In this document: in pieces, positions 1 to 9,473 of the stretch
Position numbering within the stretch: position 1 is the first letter of the stretch
How the letters are laid out: the number at the start of each line of letters is the position of its first letter
Virus record (IMG/VR): IMGVR_UViG_3300009593_002680
Length of the DNA: 64,000 nt
From: a virus
Strand: one strand, 5' to 3'
Made by a program: the position numbers and the translations under genes
Notes under the pieces: model-generated
Database searches by the model: none
What the model saw: only the letters and a program-made list of their open reading frames with translations
Told to the model about the DNA's origin: nothing

Positions 1-828
1 ATATTCGTCTTTGGATTTTTGTCTATCTGCTTTACGTTCATCATGCTTAACTATGTCGAGCCAATCTGCTCCTGTTAGTTCACCTTCGTCACAGCCAAAA
101 ATACCAACGCCATCACATTCAGTGCCTTCTTCGTACTCTTCTGTTTCATCATTGTACATTTCTTCTTCACCATCCATAAAGCCATTTCCACCACAACCTG
201 GACATATACCTTGCATAATACTTTCTTGGTCATCTTTGTCAAATTTATCTAAGTCATCTTGCATGTTATCGTATGCTTCTTGTCTTTCTTCAGCATCGTA
301 GTAATCATCAGGCTCACCTATCATATTATCTGCATAGTCGCCTCTTGCTGGATTGTAGTCTGGAGCACCTATGGATGCTTCATCAGTTTCAGTTTTACCT
401 AAAACTTTCTTCTTAAATTTATCACTAACATCTGCTGGGTGGTCTGGATTATCTTTGTTTAATGAATAGTACCCAGGACCTTTAAGATTTTTTATAAAGT
501 CTGATAATTTTTTACCACTTTTATCAAACTTTTTGATTTGATCTCTTATGCTTATATCGTCTGTTGCTTCGGCATGCATAGCCGCCATATGGTCTTTGTA
601 TTTTTTAGTACCTTTTTTGTGTGGGGATTTGCCTTCTATAACTTCAAAATCACTAGTACCTGTACCAGTGTAACGTGATGCTGTTCCACCATGTTGTGCT
701 CTGGCTTTTTCTATTGCACTATTCTTATGCATAGCAGTAACTTTATAAGTTTTACCGCTTATTTTGTGCTTAACAGTATAGTGCCTGAAAGATTCTTCTA
801 GTGTTTTATAAAAGTCTGATAGTTTCAT
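1..828 (-). CDS. Acidic/basic modular protein, probably virion-internal, running off the window edge
   Basis: Not in the ORF track because it is truncated. ATG at 828 lies 6 nt after TAAATA. The frame is open to position 1 (MKLSDFYKTLEESFRH...CPGCGGNG...), with a DnaJ-like CxxCxGxG motif and a D/E-rich tail. Confidence 0.75.
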   Translation of the reverse strand, partial: MKLSDFYKTLEESFRHYTVKHKISGKTYKVTAMHKNSAIEKARAQHGGTASRYTGTGTSDFEVIEGKSPHKKGTKKYKDHMAAMHAEATDDISIRDQIKKFDKSGKKLSDFIKNLKGPGYYSLNKDNPDHPADVSDKFKKKVLGKTETDEASIGAPDYNPARGDYADNMIGEPDDYYDAEERQEAYDNMQDDLDKFDKDDQESIMQGICPGCGGNGFMDGEEEMYNDETEEYEEGTECDGVGIFGCDEGELTGADWLDIVKHDERKADRQKSKDEY

Positions 829-834
829 GTAAAC

Positions 835-840
835 TATTTA
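835..840 (-). promoter_or_regulatory. T4-like late promoter (TAAATA), leaderless geometry
   Basis: TAAATA-gtttac-ATG on the minus strand. Confidence 0.6.
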
Positions 841-855
841 TCACTTTTAGGAGAT

Positions 856-1101
856 TTACTTGTCTTCTTGTAGTTCGTCTTCTTGGTCTTTTCTTTCAAC
901 CCATACAAGATTAATGCCTCTACGTTGTAGTTCTTTAATACATTTTACTCTTGTTTTAGGTTTGTATGAACCTTTTTCTTTATTGACGTATTCGAAAAGG
1001 AATTCTGTTGATTTTGCTTTGATGTAGTCATGTTCCCAATGCCACTTTGTACGGCTACCTTTTGCATATTTTTTCATTGATGGACCGAATTTTACTGGCA
1101 T
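856..1101 (-). CDS. Hypothetical basic protein
   Basis: 81 aa ORF with a GGGAG RBS, in a same-strand run. Confidence 0.65.
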   Translation of the reverse strand: MPVKFGPSMKKYAKGSRTKWHWEHDYIKAKSTEFLFEYVNKEKGSYKPKTRVKCIKELQRRGINLVWVERKDQEDELQEDK

Positions 1102-1103
1102 TG

Positions 1104-1262
1104 TTATCTCCCTTGACCTCTGTACTTCTTATGAGAACGTTTTTTATGCTTGTTCATAGTAGATGTTGATATCTTACAACGTCTACCGCGACCGCCTTGT
1201 CCTATGGAACTACATTTCCTTGTAGGTGTTATAGTACTTACTTTTCTTGCCGCTCTAGCCAT
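1104..1262 (-). CDS. Small basic protein (52 aa) ending HKKRSHKKYRGQGR
   Basis: Below the track cutoff. GAGGGG RBS, upstream TAAATA. The C-terminal KYRGQG motif is one I recognise from small basic proteins of marine T4-like phages. Confidence 0.7.
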   Translation of the reverse strand: MARAARKVSTITPTRKCSSIGQGGRGRRCKISTSTMNKHKKRSHKKYRGQGR

Positions 1263-1337
1263 TACCCCTCATGGTTGAACAATTCACTATGAACTGTTTT
1301 GATGTATGTATTTATTTAAAAACTATTTTAATGGAAA

Positions 1338-3923
1338 CTAAACTGGAAATTTACCCATATGACCCGGGTCATATTTTCTGTAAGAAGGTGCAGGTTGTGT
1401 AGGTTGTTGTCTTTGTTGTTGCTGTCTTTGTTGTTGTGCTTGTTCGGGATCTTGTTGTTGTCCTAATTGAGAACCATGTTGTTTAGTTGCTTGTTGTGGT
1501 TGTTGTATTCCTGCTCTTTTTTGTAAGTCTGCTATATCTTGTTGTTGTTCAGGTTGTTCAGGTTGTTCAGGTTGTTCAGGTGTAATTCCTTGGAATGCTT
1601 GTTCTATTTCTTTTTTTGTAACTCCTGATTTAACTAAAAATGCTTTTACTTCTTCTGAATCTGTTGGAGAACCTGATGCTTGATAATCACTTTGTAATTT
1701 TTCAATATCTAGAGCACCTTGGCTACCTGTAAGTTTTTTAACTTGATTTAAAAAGTTTTGTATAGCAGGACTGCCCATTACTGGTTTTAATAAAGCACTC
1801 ATTCCAGCACTTACGGCACCACCTACTGCTTTGGCTCCTTTGGCAACTGCACCACCAACGGCACCAGTAGCCTTTCTGTAAGCACCACCAATTTTCTTAG
1901 CAATATCCATAGGACCTTCTGCTAATGCTTTTGAGGTATCTTCTATTAATCTGTGTTCTTGTAAATGTTCAAACCCTTCTAGTATAATTATGTTTTCTTT
2001 TATCCAACTGTTATACCATTCTAACATCACAAACACAGCAAGTTCAGGACCTAAGTCTTCTGTGAGTTGAACAAAGTCCTCACCAACTTCTTCTGTTAGT
2101 GCTATGGTCCATTCGTTATTAAACTGCATGGATTCTTTTTGTTCTTGTGCACCTTGTACAAATTGTTTTTTAATGCTTTCATCTGCTGTTCCCATTGCCG
2201 CAACTGCTATTGGTACAGCCGCCGCTTCAACATATTTTTTCACAGAGTTTTCTAATTGTTTTTTTACTTTTGCTGGTTCCCATATAAGATCCGATGCTTC
2301 TCTTTCTATACCAGCTCTAGCGGCATTGTTTATTCTATTTTGTTGAAACATGTCTTCAATACTACTGTATTTTGCACCGTTTTCTTTTGCCTGTTGCATT
2401 AAATCTTGATATGCTCTCTCATACCACATAGGAGTTTCATATGCAGTTCCTTGCCATCCATGCATAACAGAAGTTAAGCCAGTTTCATGATTTGTTACCA
2501 TTAATTCAAAAGCACTTTGGAATTGAACATCTGGTAAACCAGGTAATCTAATATCTACAGAATTAAAGTATATTGAATGTTTTCCATCACCTGCTTTTTC
2601 AATTATAGCATCACCTATGTCTATACCACTGTCTGTTATAACCTTTGTAGCCTCCGCCGCCGCAGTATCTAAACTTGATTCTTGGGCTATGACATTAAAT
2701 ACTGCACCAACTTCAGTCCTATAGTCACTCATATATTGATTTATTTCCATTGCTTTAACAACTTCTTGAATATCTTTTGCAGAAGCATCATATTGTTCAC
2801 CAAGTTTATATATATTTTGAACTATTGTTTCGTCTAAAGGAGAAGCAAGGTCTAAATCAATACCTGCTTTTGCTAAATCTTCGGCACTGATTGGTTCTAA
2901 ACCTCTGTCTGGTCTTTCCCAATCTTTTTCAGTACCGTCAAGCGAACTTCTAGGTAAATCTTGCGTACCTACTAAATCAAATTCTTGTTGTAATACCTCT
3001 GTACCACCTAATTCTTCTATTTTTGCATCAAGGAAATCAGAAGCATCTGAAATTGCTTTTTGACCTACTTCATCTATTTTATCCATACTTGCTTCTAATT
3101 GGCTAAAAACTCTTGCTGTGTCTAAAAGTTCTCTTGCTGATTCTTGGTTTAAATTATCTATACTTGTTGCACTCATGGCTTCTAAATCATTTAAGTTTAT
3201 TTCACCGTTAGATTTAATTGGGATAATTTCTGTGATAGTTTCATCTGGGAATACTTCGGTTGCAAGTTCAGAAATACCTAAACCTATAGAACCTGCAATA
3301 GCACCTGCAACAAAACCAACTCCTGCATCTTTACCAATGTCTGCTACTGAGCCACCTGCCGCGGCTGTAATGGCACTATCAACTACTGTTCTAAATAAAG
3401 CCGCACTACTAATAACTCCTAATACTGCAGGACCACCAGCACCAGCAACACCCATGCCAATTGTTATAATAGTAATCATTAATCCTTTAAAAGCGGCAAG
3501 GTCTTCATCATTTTTTATTTGTGATGCTCCGTTTTTAATAGAACTTACTACAGCACTTGCTTTAGAACCTGCTGGTTCAGGTAATCCAGCAACTAATTTT
3601 TGCAATTTATCCATAGGTACTGCATTACCTACTTTGGATAATATACTGTTTAGTTTTGGATTACTTGTAATTTTAGTAAAAATTGGTGTAATAAGTCCAG
3701 CAACTTTTTTCATTGCCGGACCGGCTTGCATCATATCAGAATTTCTAGTATCTGATATTTTTTGGAATACTGATTGTATTTGTGCAGGTTGTAGTTCTGC
3801 TTCTTCTAACTTATTAAGTTCTGCAATGATTGTTTCAACATCATTTCTAACATCAACAGGCAGTTCTTGCCATGCTTCGTTAATCATAACACTTTCGTTA
3901 ATGATGTTTATATATTCTCTCAT
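1338..3923 (-). CDS. Large virion-associated (possible ejection/internal head) protein with Gly/Ala hydrophobic segments and a Q/PEQ-rich tail
   Basis: 861 aa ORF in the late-type minus cluster. It has hydrophobic GLMITIITIGMGVAGAGG segments and a low-complexity C-terminus. Function is inferred. Confidence 0.7.
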   Translation of the reverse strand: MREYINIINESVMINEAWQELPVDVRNDVETIIAELNKLEEAELQPAQIQSVFQKISDTRNSDMMQAGPAMKKVAGLITPIFTKITSNPKLNSILSKVGNAVPMDKLQKLVAGLPEPAGSKASAVVSSIKNGASQIKNDEDLAAFKGLMITIITIGMGVAGAGGPAVLGVISSAALFRTVVDSAITAAAGGSVADIGKDAGVGFVAGAIAGSIGLGISELATEVFPDETITEIIPIKSNGEINLNDLEAMSATSIDNLNQESARELLDTARVFSQLEASMDKIDEVGQKAISDASDFLDAKIEELGGTEVLQQEFDLVGTQDLPRSSLDGTEKDWERPDRGLEPISAEDLAKAGIDLDLASPLDETIVQNIYKLGEQYDASAKDIQEVVKAMEINQYMSDYRTEVGAVFNVIAQESSLDTAAAEATKVITDSGIDIGDAIIEKAGDGKHSIYFNSVDIRLPGLPDVQFQSAFELMVTNHETGLTSVMHGWQGTAYETPMWYERAYQDLMQQAKENGAKYSSIEDMFQQNRINNAARAGIEREASDLIWEPAKVKKQLENSVKKYVEAAAVPIAVAAMGTADESIKKQFVQGAQEQKESMQFNNEWTIALTEEVGEDFVQLTEDLGPELAVFVMLEWYNSWIKENIIILEGFEHLQEHRLIEDTSKALAEGPMDIAKKIGGAYRKATGAVGGAVAKGAKAVGGAVSAGMSALLKPVMGSPAIQNFLNQVKKLTGSQGALDIEKLQSDYQASGSPTDSEEVKAFLVKSGVTKKEIEQAFQGITPEQPEQPEQPEQQQDIADLQKRAGIQQPQQATKQHGSQLGQQQDPEQAQQQRQQQQRQQPTQPAPSYRKYDPGHMGKFPV
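1544..1579. repeat. 9-bp tandem repeat (GTTGTTCAG)x4 encoding PEQ repeats
   Basis: Four perfect copies seen directly. Confidence 0.9.
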
Positions 3924-4189
3924 TTAAACTGTTTACTCTCTGATTTAAGTTTTTTAACTTCTTTTTCCAGTGTAACTATTCTTTTTGCTAGTAATGGATA
4001 TTGTGCTAACCATTTTTCTTCTCTACTAGCAATTTCAATATCATATCTTTTTGCTACCCACTCCATAGTGTTGTCCATTTTTACTTGAAACCATACACCT
4101 ACTTTTGTGTTTTTAAACCATTGATAAAAACTACTTCCTATTATACTCGATAAAATACTTTTTAATGTTAGTATGAATAACCAATGCAT
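3920..4189 (-). CDS. Hypothetical protein, hydrophobic N-terminus and coiled-coil C-terminus
   Basis: 89 aa ORF translationally coupled to both neighbours. Confidence 0.7.
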   Translation of the reverse strand: MHWLFILTLKSILSSIIGSSFYQWFKNTKVGVWFQVKMDNTMEWVAKRYDIEIASREEKWLAQYPLLAKRIVTLEKEVKKLKSESKQFK

Positions 4190-5520
4190 TACTTCTCTCT
4201 ATTTTCCCACTCTAAATCTTCTAAGTCCATTTCAAGTTCTTCTATCTTGTTTGCTACTTCTTTGTATTTGTCTTCAAATACTTCTTCCATTTCATAAATG
4301 GCGGACTCTAATCTACTTTTTGCATCATATACTTGACGTTCATGGTAGTCTAATTCTTTTTCATCTATACCCAATTTATCTGCAAGTCCTGAAAGACCAA
4401 CCAATATTTCACTTGTAGTATTCTCATATTTGATTGCTTTAGTAATATCTCTTGCTTCACTATGTCCAAATTCTAATTTGTCTGCAATAGGTTGTAGTTT
4501 TTCTATTTCTTGTTGTATTCTTTGTTTTGTTGCTTCTTCTTCTAAAGGCTCTAACTGCCATCTGCCTGTCGGTCTATTATGGCTTCTAGGATCTGCTTTT
4601 TTACTAATCATTTGTGCTAGTTGTTTAAGCAGTTCATCGTCGTCTTGTGCTTCGTCTTTTAATTTTTTAAGTATAGAATCTATAACAGCACTTTTTTGTG
4701 CAATAAAAGTACCTTCTTCTAGTTGTGATATATCCATATGTTGCATAACGTCATATACTACATCACCGCTATTAACAACATCTATTACTCTACCACTAGC
4801 AAAGTTTCCAATTGGTTGTCCACCTACTTCCATTCTAGGGTCAACACAATCTTCAACATTTAATCTTTCTAATTCTTGATATATTGCATATCCCAAATCA
4901 TCTGTGTTTTCAAATTGTCCTTCTTCTCCAGCAAAGTCATCTACTAATTTTTCAATACATGCATGTTGGATAATACTTCTTTCTTCGCCTTCATCTAATT
5001 GTTTTTGAATTTCTTTTTTTGCATCTTTTCTGTTATAGTCTTTTGGTGACTTGTGGGCACCTGCTCCACTCATGTTTCTTGAATGTTTTGCTACTGGATT
5101 ATTTTGTTTTGGCATTTTATCCTTCTTTTTACTTTCTACTATTTCTGGATCTATTTCTTGTGCTGTGAATTGTTGCATTAAATCAACAATGTCATCATCG
5201 TGGTCTATAATTTTATAGTCTTGGTCAATAATAAGTGCCACATTGTCTGCATAACCATGATTCTCACCACTTAAAATGTGCATACCATTACTTAACTCTA
5301 TGTGGTCATCTTGATTTACCCATCGGTGTATTGCGGCTTCAACTTCTTCATGTGGAAGTTTGTCCAACTTAGGCTCTGTATTAAGTTTGGTTACATCTTC
5401 GCCAACAAGTTTACCTTGATAAGGATGAGGACTCTCATGCCCTGTATTAGGTTTAGTTTTTTTAGGCTTTTTGCTTTTAGCCTTAACTTGTTTTGCTTCT
5501 ACTACATCACCTATTTTCAT
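4189..5520 (-). CDS. Modular protein, probable internal head protein
   Basis: 443 aa ORF made of short basic and acidic modules separated by xxE-(A/S/G) sites. Confidence 0.7.
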   Translation of the reverse strand: MKIGDVVEAKQVKAKSKKPKKTKPNTGHESPHPYQGKLVGEDVTKLNTEPKLDKLPHEEVEAAIHRWVNQDDHIELSNGMHILSGENHGYADNVALIIDQDYKIIDHDDDIVDLMQQFTAQEIDPEIVESKKKDKMPKQNNPVAKHSRNMSGAGAHKSPKDYNRKDAKKEIQKQLDEGEERSIIQHACIEKLVDDFAGEEGQFENTDDLGYAIYQELERLNVEDCVDPRMEVGGQPIGNFASGRVIDVVNSGDVVYDVMQHMDISQLEEGTFIAQKSAVIDSILKKLKDEAQDDDELLKQLAQMISKKADPRSHNRPTGRWQLEPLEEEATKQRIQQEIEKLQPIADKLEFGHSEARDITKAIKYENTTSEILVGLSGLADKLGIDEKELDYHERQVYDAKSRLESAIYEMEEVFEDKYKEVANKIEELEMDLEDLEWENREK

Positions 5521-5996
5521 TATACACTCTCTAATCTTACCATTAATCTTTCAGCACGGTTAGTTACTTGTTTGTGCCATCTTGAATCTCTGCCTTCTAC
5601 TGCGGCTGTTTTCCAATCGCTTTCTAGTATTGCGGCATGCATTTTTTTAAATTTACTTAATCTTGTTCTTCCCATGTTAAACATCATATTAACCAGGATT
5701 TCTTGTACTTCTCCTGGTAAGTTTCCAAACACCCCGTCTTCGTATAGTAACTCACATTCACTAACTGCTGTGTCGAGGTCTTTTTCAAAACATTCTTTTG
5801 TTCTTTCTTCTGAGACTGGTGTACCAACTTCTTGTCCGTATTCGGGGTCTGATTCGAGGACGAGATGCCCGACACCAAATGTTGGGTACCCGAGATGGTC
5901 TTTATAGATTTCATTAACAACTCCTTCGTCTATTTTAAGTTGTTCAAATACTGCTTCTCTATTCAATTTCGTATCCTTAAATAAATTTTTAAACAT
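5520..5996 (-). CDS. T4-type lysozyme (GH24 muramidase)
   Basis: LKIDEG...YKDHLGYPTFGVGHL catalytic E/D/T pattern and LVNMMFNMG. Start moved to 5996, after TAAATA, because the track start runs through a terminator. Confidence 0.9.
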   Translation of the reverse strand: MFKNLFKDTKLNREAVFEQLKIDEGVVNEIYKDHLGYPTFGVGHLVLESDPEYGQEVGTPVSEERTKECFEKDLDTAVSECELLYEDGVFGNLPGEVQEILVNMMFNMGRTRLSKFKKMHAAILESDWKTAAVEGRDSRWHKQVTNRAERLMVRLESV

Positions 5997-6032
5997 TATG
6001 TGTGTATTTATCATGAATCCAGTATTTTGTTC

Positions 6033-6061
6033 AAAAAAAAGCACACCCTAAGGTGTGCTTT
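6033..6061 (-). terminator. Rho-independent terminator
   Basis: GCACACC/GGTGTGC stem with a U8 tract on the minus strand, downstream of 6086..6670. Confidence 0.85.
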
Positions 6062-6085
6062 AAATTCTTTTTCTACTTATACTTG

Positions 6086-6670
6086 CTAGGTAATTGCACC
6101 GTAATCTCTTGTGATATTACTTTGTATTCCAGCCTGTGTTAGCACTACTGCTGTTACAGTACAAGTACCATTACTGGCACTACCTGCCGCTACAGTGGCT
6201 TTTACGTCTGTTGCAGAACTGTAAATATGCTGATGCGTACTTTGAAATTGGAATGTTTGCGTCATATCAGCATCACCTGTACCAAAATGTCTATCAGTAT
6301 CTCCATCATCTCCAACAATAATTGTTGTTGTGTCATCAGCACTAACCCACGGACTTCCAATGTCAACATGTATGCTGTAAATCATAGAATTTGCAGGTGC
6401 TTCAAACAAAGTTGTTGTACCTGAATTGTATGCTATTGACGTACTAACGTATTGTGCTATAGTTTGGGTTGCACTATCAAATTGCCCTTTTGTAAAAAAT
6501 GCTGTAGCCTGAGTTGCATCAGCACCTTTAACTTCAACAAGAGTAGAGCCGTCATTGTCAGTGAATGTAAATTCATTATCTGTAGTGTTTGTGAGAAGTT
6601 TTAATCCGCGTTTTCCGAACTGTACTAAACTGCCTAGTCCTTTTAACCCGAAGTTGTTGATATCTGCCAT
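6086..6670 (-). CDS. Virion structural protein (beta-rich), paralogous to 57621..58688 and 58688..61315
   Basis: N-terminal QFGKRG motif, C-terminal TxxVGDxGDTDR domain, GGAG RBS and upstream TAAATA. Confidence 0.75.
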   Translation of the reverse strand: MADINNFGLKGLGSLVQFGKRGLKLLTNTTDNEFTFTDNDGSTLVEVKGADATQATAFFTKGQFDSATQTIAQYVSTSIAYNSGTTTLFEAPANSMIYSIHVDIGSPWVSADDTTTIIVGDDGDTDRHFGTGDADMTQTFQFQSTHQHIYSSATDVKATVAAGSASNGTCTVTAVVLTQAGIQSNITRDYGAIT

Positions 6671-6719
6671 TTGGTTACTCCAATATTATAATCGATTATA
6701 GTATTTCTACTATTAGTAT

Positions 6720-7469
6720 TTATCGAAATTTTGAATCGATGTACTTTATAAGGCAGTCCGCAAGAACTTGTATGCCTTTATCATTAGGATGGTGGTCTAT
6801 TATTTTACTATGGTCAGTCATGTTAATATGCAGAGCAGGATCACCTTGTAAGGCATGACTCAAAGGAAACCAATCTATTATTTCGTTAAAACAATAAGAT
6901 GATTGGTTTGAATTTATTAAATGCTGATGAAGTCCTTTTATTCTTTCTTTTTCAGTATTGATACCATCTTTATTTACTCCTCCATTTGGCAATGAATGTT
7001 GAAAATGTATTGTTCCCCATATAACTGTAGAATTTGGAATTAACTTTTTCCAATTCATAATTTTTTCTAACGATTGCATATCAAGAGTATGAAATAAATC
7101 TTTTACAATCATTTTCTTTATTGTTTTATTAAGCATTCCTCCATCTACACCTGTATGTGGATCATGACGTAAATGCTCAGGTAATATACTGTCTATACTT
7201 CCTATTATACCTTGCATGGGATAAAGTATTGGAAGTCGCCATGGTGTTGTCATACCAAATATGATTAAAGGCTTTTTAAATTGTTTCATATTGTCAGGAG
7301 TATGTTGTAATGGTTGTAATGCAATTTCATAATTACTAGAACCACCCCTGGCTAAATTTGCATGTGGTACTTCATAATGTCTAGATAGCAAGTTGGGCCA
7401 CATATCTCCGTCTACAGTCTTGTGATATTTTGTAAAACTATCTCCACATGCTATAATACTATCAAACAT
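6720..7469 (-). CDS. SGNH/GDSL-like hydrolase
   Basis: ACGDSFT...GSSN...HHP motifs. Confidence 0.75.
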   Translation of the reverse strand: MFDSIIACGDSFTKYHKTVDGDMWPNLLSRHYEVPHANLARGGSSNYEIALQPLQHTPDNMKQFKKPLIIFGMTTPWRLPILYPMQGIIGSIDSILPEHLRHDPHTGVDGGMLNKTIKKMIVKDLFHTLDMQSLEKIMNWKKLIPNSTVIWGTIHFQHSLPNGGVNKDGINTEKERIKGLHQHLINSNQSSYCFNEIIDWFPLSHALQGDPALHINMTDHSKIIDHHPNDKGIQVLADCLIKYIDSKFR

Positions 7470-8278
7470 TACAGTCCTCTTATTCCTTTTTCAAATATAT
7501 CTGCCATTAAACTTATTCCATCTAAGTTTGGATGTCCATCAGTGTCTGTTAGCCAATATTCTCTTTTCGTATGAAATAGTCTTTGCATAGGTTCCCAATT
7601 AGTAAATTGATTAAAACATGACCCCTCATTGGGCCAGTTCATATCTTTATATTTTAAAATTGGAGGGTCAATTGTATTGTCGCCTATATTTTTTATATTG
7701 TTTAAAAATGCTTCAGGGCCGACACGTTCATGTATAAATCCCCACAGTACAGTAGCACCAGGTATTAATGATTCATATTGCATTGCCAATTTAACTGCTT
7801 GTATAGTTGAGTAAGTATAACAGTCAATACCATGTCCATCGTGAGTTTTCATGCTTCTACCCATTGCTTTAATAGGTAAGTGTTGTTGTTGATTAGTCCA
7901 GTAGTTACCATAGTTATTAGTATCAGCCATATACTGTGGGTCTATACTAAAGTGTGAATCTATCCGACCTTGGTCAGGATTAAAATAAGTCCAACGATCC
8001 ATTACAGTAAAAGCAAATATAATTAAAGGCTTTTTAGCATTACCCAAACCATTCCATTCAATTCCGCCTCTATCTTCTATTGGGCCTCCGTGCGGAGTAT
8101 TAACTGGTTGAAGTGCTATTGAAGTATTTGAAGAACCACCTTGAGCAATATTGGCAAAAGGTACTCCAAACCTTTCTGCTAACATTCCGGGCCAAGTACC
8201 TTTAGTCCCTAAACCAATTTGGTCTCGACAACCTTCTGTAAAACTATCCCCACATGCTAAAATAAAATCAAATTCCAT
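7469..8278 (-). CDS. SGNH/GDSL-like hydrolase, tandem paralog
   Basis: ACGDSFT...GSSN...DGHP motifs. Start moved to 8278 (TAAATA+5 nt+ATG). Confidence 0.75.
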   Translation of the reverse strand: MEFDFILACGDSFTEGCRDQIGLGTKGTWPGMLAERFGVPFANIAQGGSSNTSIALQPVNTPHGGPIEDRGGIEWNGLGNAKKPLIIFAFTVMDRWTYFNPDQGRIDSHFSIDPQYMADTNNYGNYWTNQQQHLPIKAMGRSMKTHDGHGIDCYTYSTIQAVKLAMQYESLIPGATVLWGFIHERVGPEAFLNNIKNIGDNTIDPPILKYKDMNWPNEGSCFNQFTNWEPMQRLFHTKREYWLTDTDGHPNLDGISLMADIFEKGIRGL

Positions 8279-8289
8279 ACTGCTATTTA

Positions 8290-8318
8290 TTGACAAATTG
8301 ATTAAAGTACATTATAAT
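8290..8318 (+). promoter_or_regulatory. Perfect sigma70 promoter
   Basis: TTGACA-N17-TATAAT, back-to-back with a minus-strand TAAATA at 8284-8289. Confidence 0.8.
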
Positions 8319-8603
8319 TAGTTAAGTTTGAGAATATATCAGATACAGTAAGAGAATGGCTAGAAGTAACCTTCGAACTTATATTTTTATGTTGTTCACA
8401 AATATGACTCCGGAGTCTTTGTGTTGACTGATTGGGGAACACTGAGTTCCTTCTTTATCTATCACATCTTAATGAGCGGTGAAATATCTTAATGTCAACT
8501 GGTTCAATACCAATCAGTTGCTAATATTTAATCAATTACAAGAAAAGGTGTATGAAATGGTATATTTTGATTAAATAATGGTATTAAACAGGAGTTATAA
8601 TAA

Positions 8604-8969
8604 GTGACATACGTTGTAAAGGGTGAATGTGTAGATTGCAAACACACCACTTGCGTAAAAGTGTGCCCAGTCGATTGCTTTTTTGAATTGGAGAATACAT
8701 TAGTTATTGATCCAAAAATTTGCATTGATTGTGCTATATGTGAACCCGAATGCCCGGTAGATGCTATTGTGAGTGATAGAAAGTTAAAACCTGAAGACCA
8801 AAAATGGTTGGATTTTAATGCAGATTACTCTCCATCTGGTGGAAAAATAAACCCTCCTGTTATAACTAAGGTAAAAGAGCCCATGCCTACGTTCGAAGAA
8901 GCCGCCAAATATACTGCTGATGAGCAATGGAGTAAAGTTAGCAGAATACCAGTCAAAGAAATTGACTAA
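8604..8969 (+). CDS. fdxA: FdxA-type (7Fe/8Fe dicluster) ferredoxin
   Basis: CVDCKHTTCVKVCPVDCF and CIDCAICEPECPVDAI closely follow the Azotobacter FdI pattern. GTG start. Confidence 0.88.
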   Translation: MTYVVKGECVDCKHTTCVKVCPVDCFFELENTLVIDPKICIDCAICEPECPVDAIVSDRKLKPEDQKWLDFNADYSPSGGKINPPVITKVKEPMPTFEEAAKYTADEQWSKVSRIPVKEID

Positions 8970-9008
8970 ATAACCATAAATTATCTGCCAGAAATCATGG
9001 CAAATAGG

Positions 9009-9037
9009 TTGACATTGACCCTATAATTCGTTATAAT
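9009..9037 (+). promoter_or_regulatory. sigma70 promoter
   Basis: TTGACA-N17-TATAAT. Confidence 0.8.
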
Positions 9038-9071
9038 ATATGTATATTTTAACAAGGAAGGTAGGAAATAT

Positions 9072-9449
9072 ATGAGTAACTTAAACACACAAAACCAAAG
9101 CAAAGACAAGATTGTTTCAGTAGATGGCTACTGGATTTCAACTGTTACTTGCTATAATGAAAACAATGATGATTCAGTTGTAGTTCAACTTACTGGATTA
9201 GAAAGTATGTGGTATAACCATGAGGAGAACATTGACCACCCAGAAGGTAGTGAATATCCAACTGGTGTTAATGTTGCTCATAGGAACGTAATGGTGAATA
9301 GAGTTGCTGATAGTATTTTAGCAAGAACTGGTATTAACATTAAAGATTATGATAGTGTTATCCATGCTTCTACTTCACCAGGTAGAAATCCAGATGGTAG
9401 TTTTATTGAATCTGGTTTTGAAGATAGAGTTATTAGGAACGTAGCCTAA
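9072..9449 (+). CDS. Hypothetical protein
   Basis: 125 aa ORF with an RBS, downstream of a promoter. Confidence 0.7.
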   Translation: MSNLNTQNQSKDKIVSVDGYWISTVTCYNENNDDSVVVQLTGLESMWYNHEENIDHPEGSEYPTGVNVAHRNVMVNRVADSILARTGINIKDYDSVIHASTSPGRNPDGSFIESGFEDRVIRNVA

Positions 9450-9473
9450 CAAAAAACAAAAAGGAGATCCAAT

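Noticed and set aside
8528-8725. 65-aa minus-strand ORF
   Set aside because: It is antisense to the well-supported ferredoxin and has no supporting signals.
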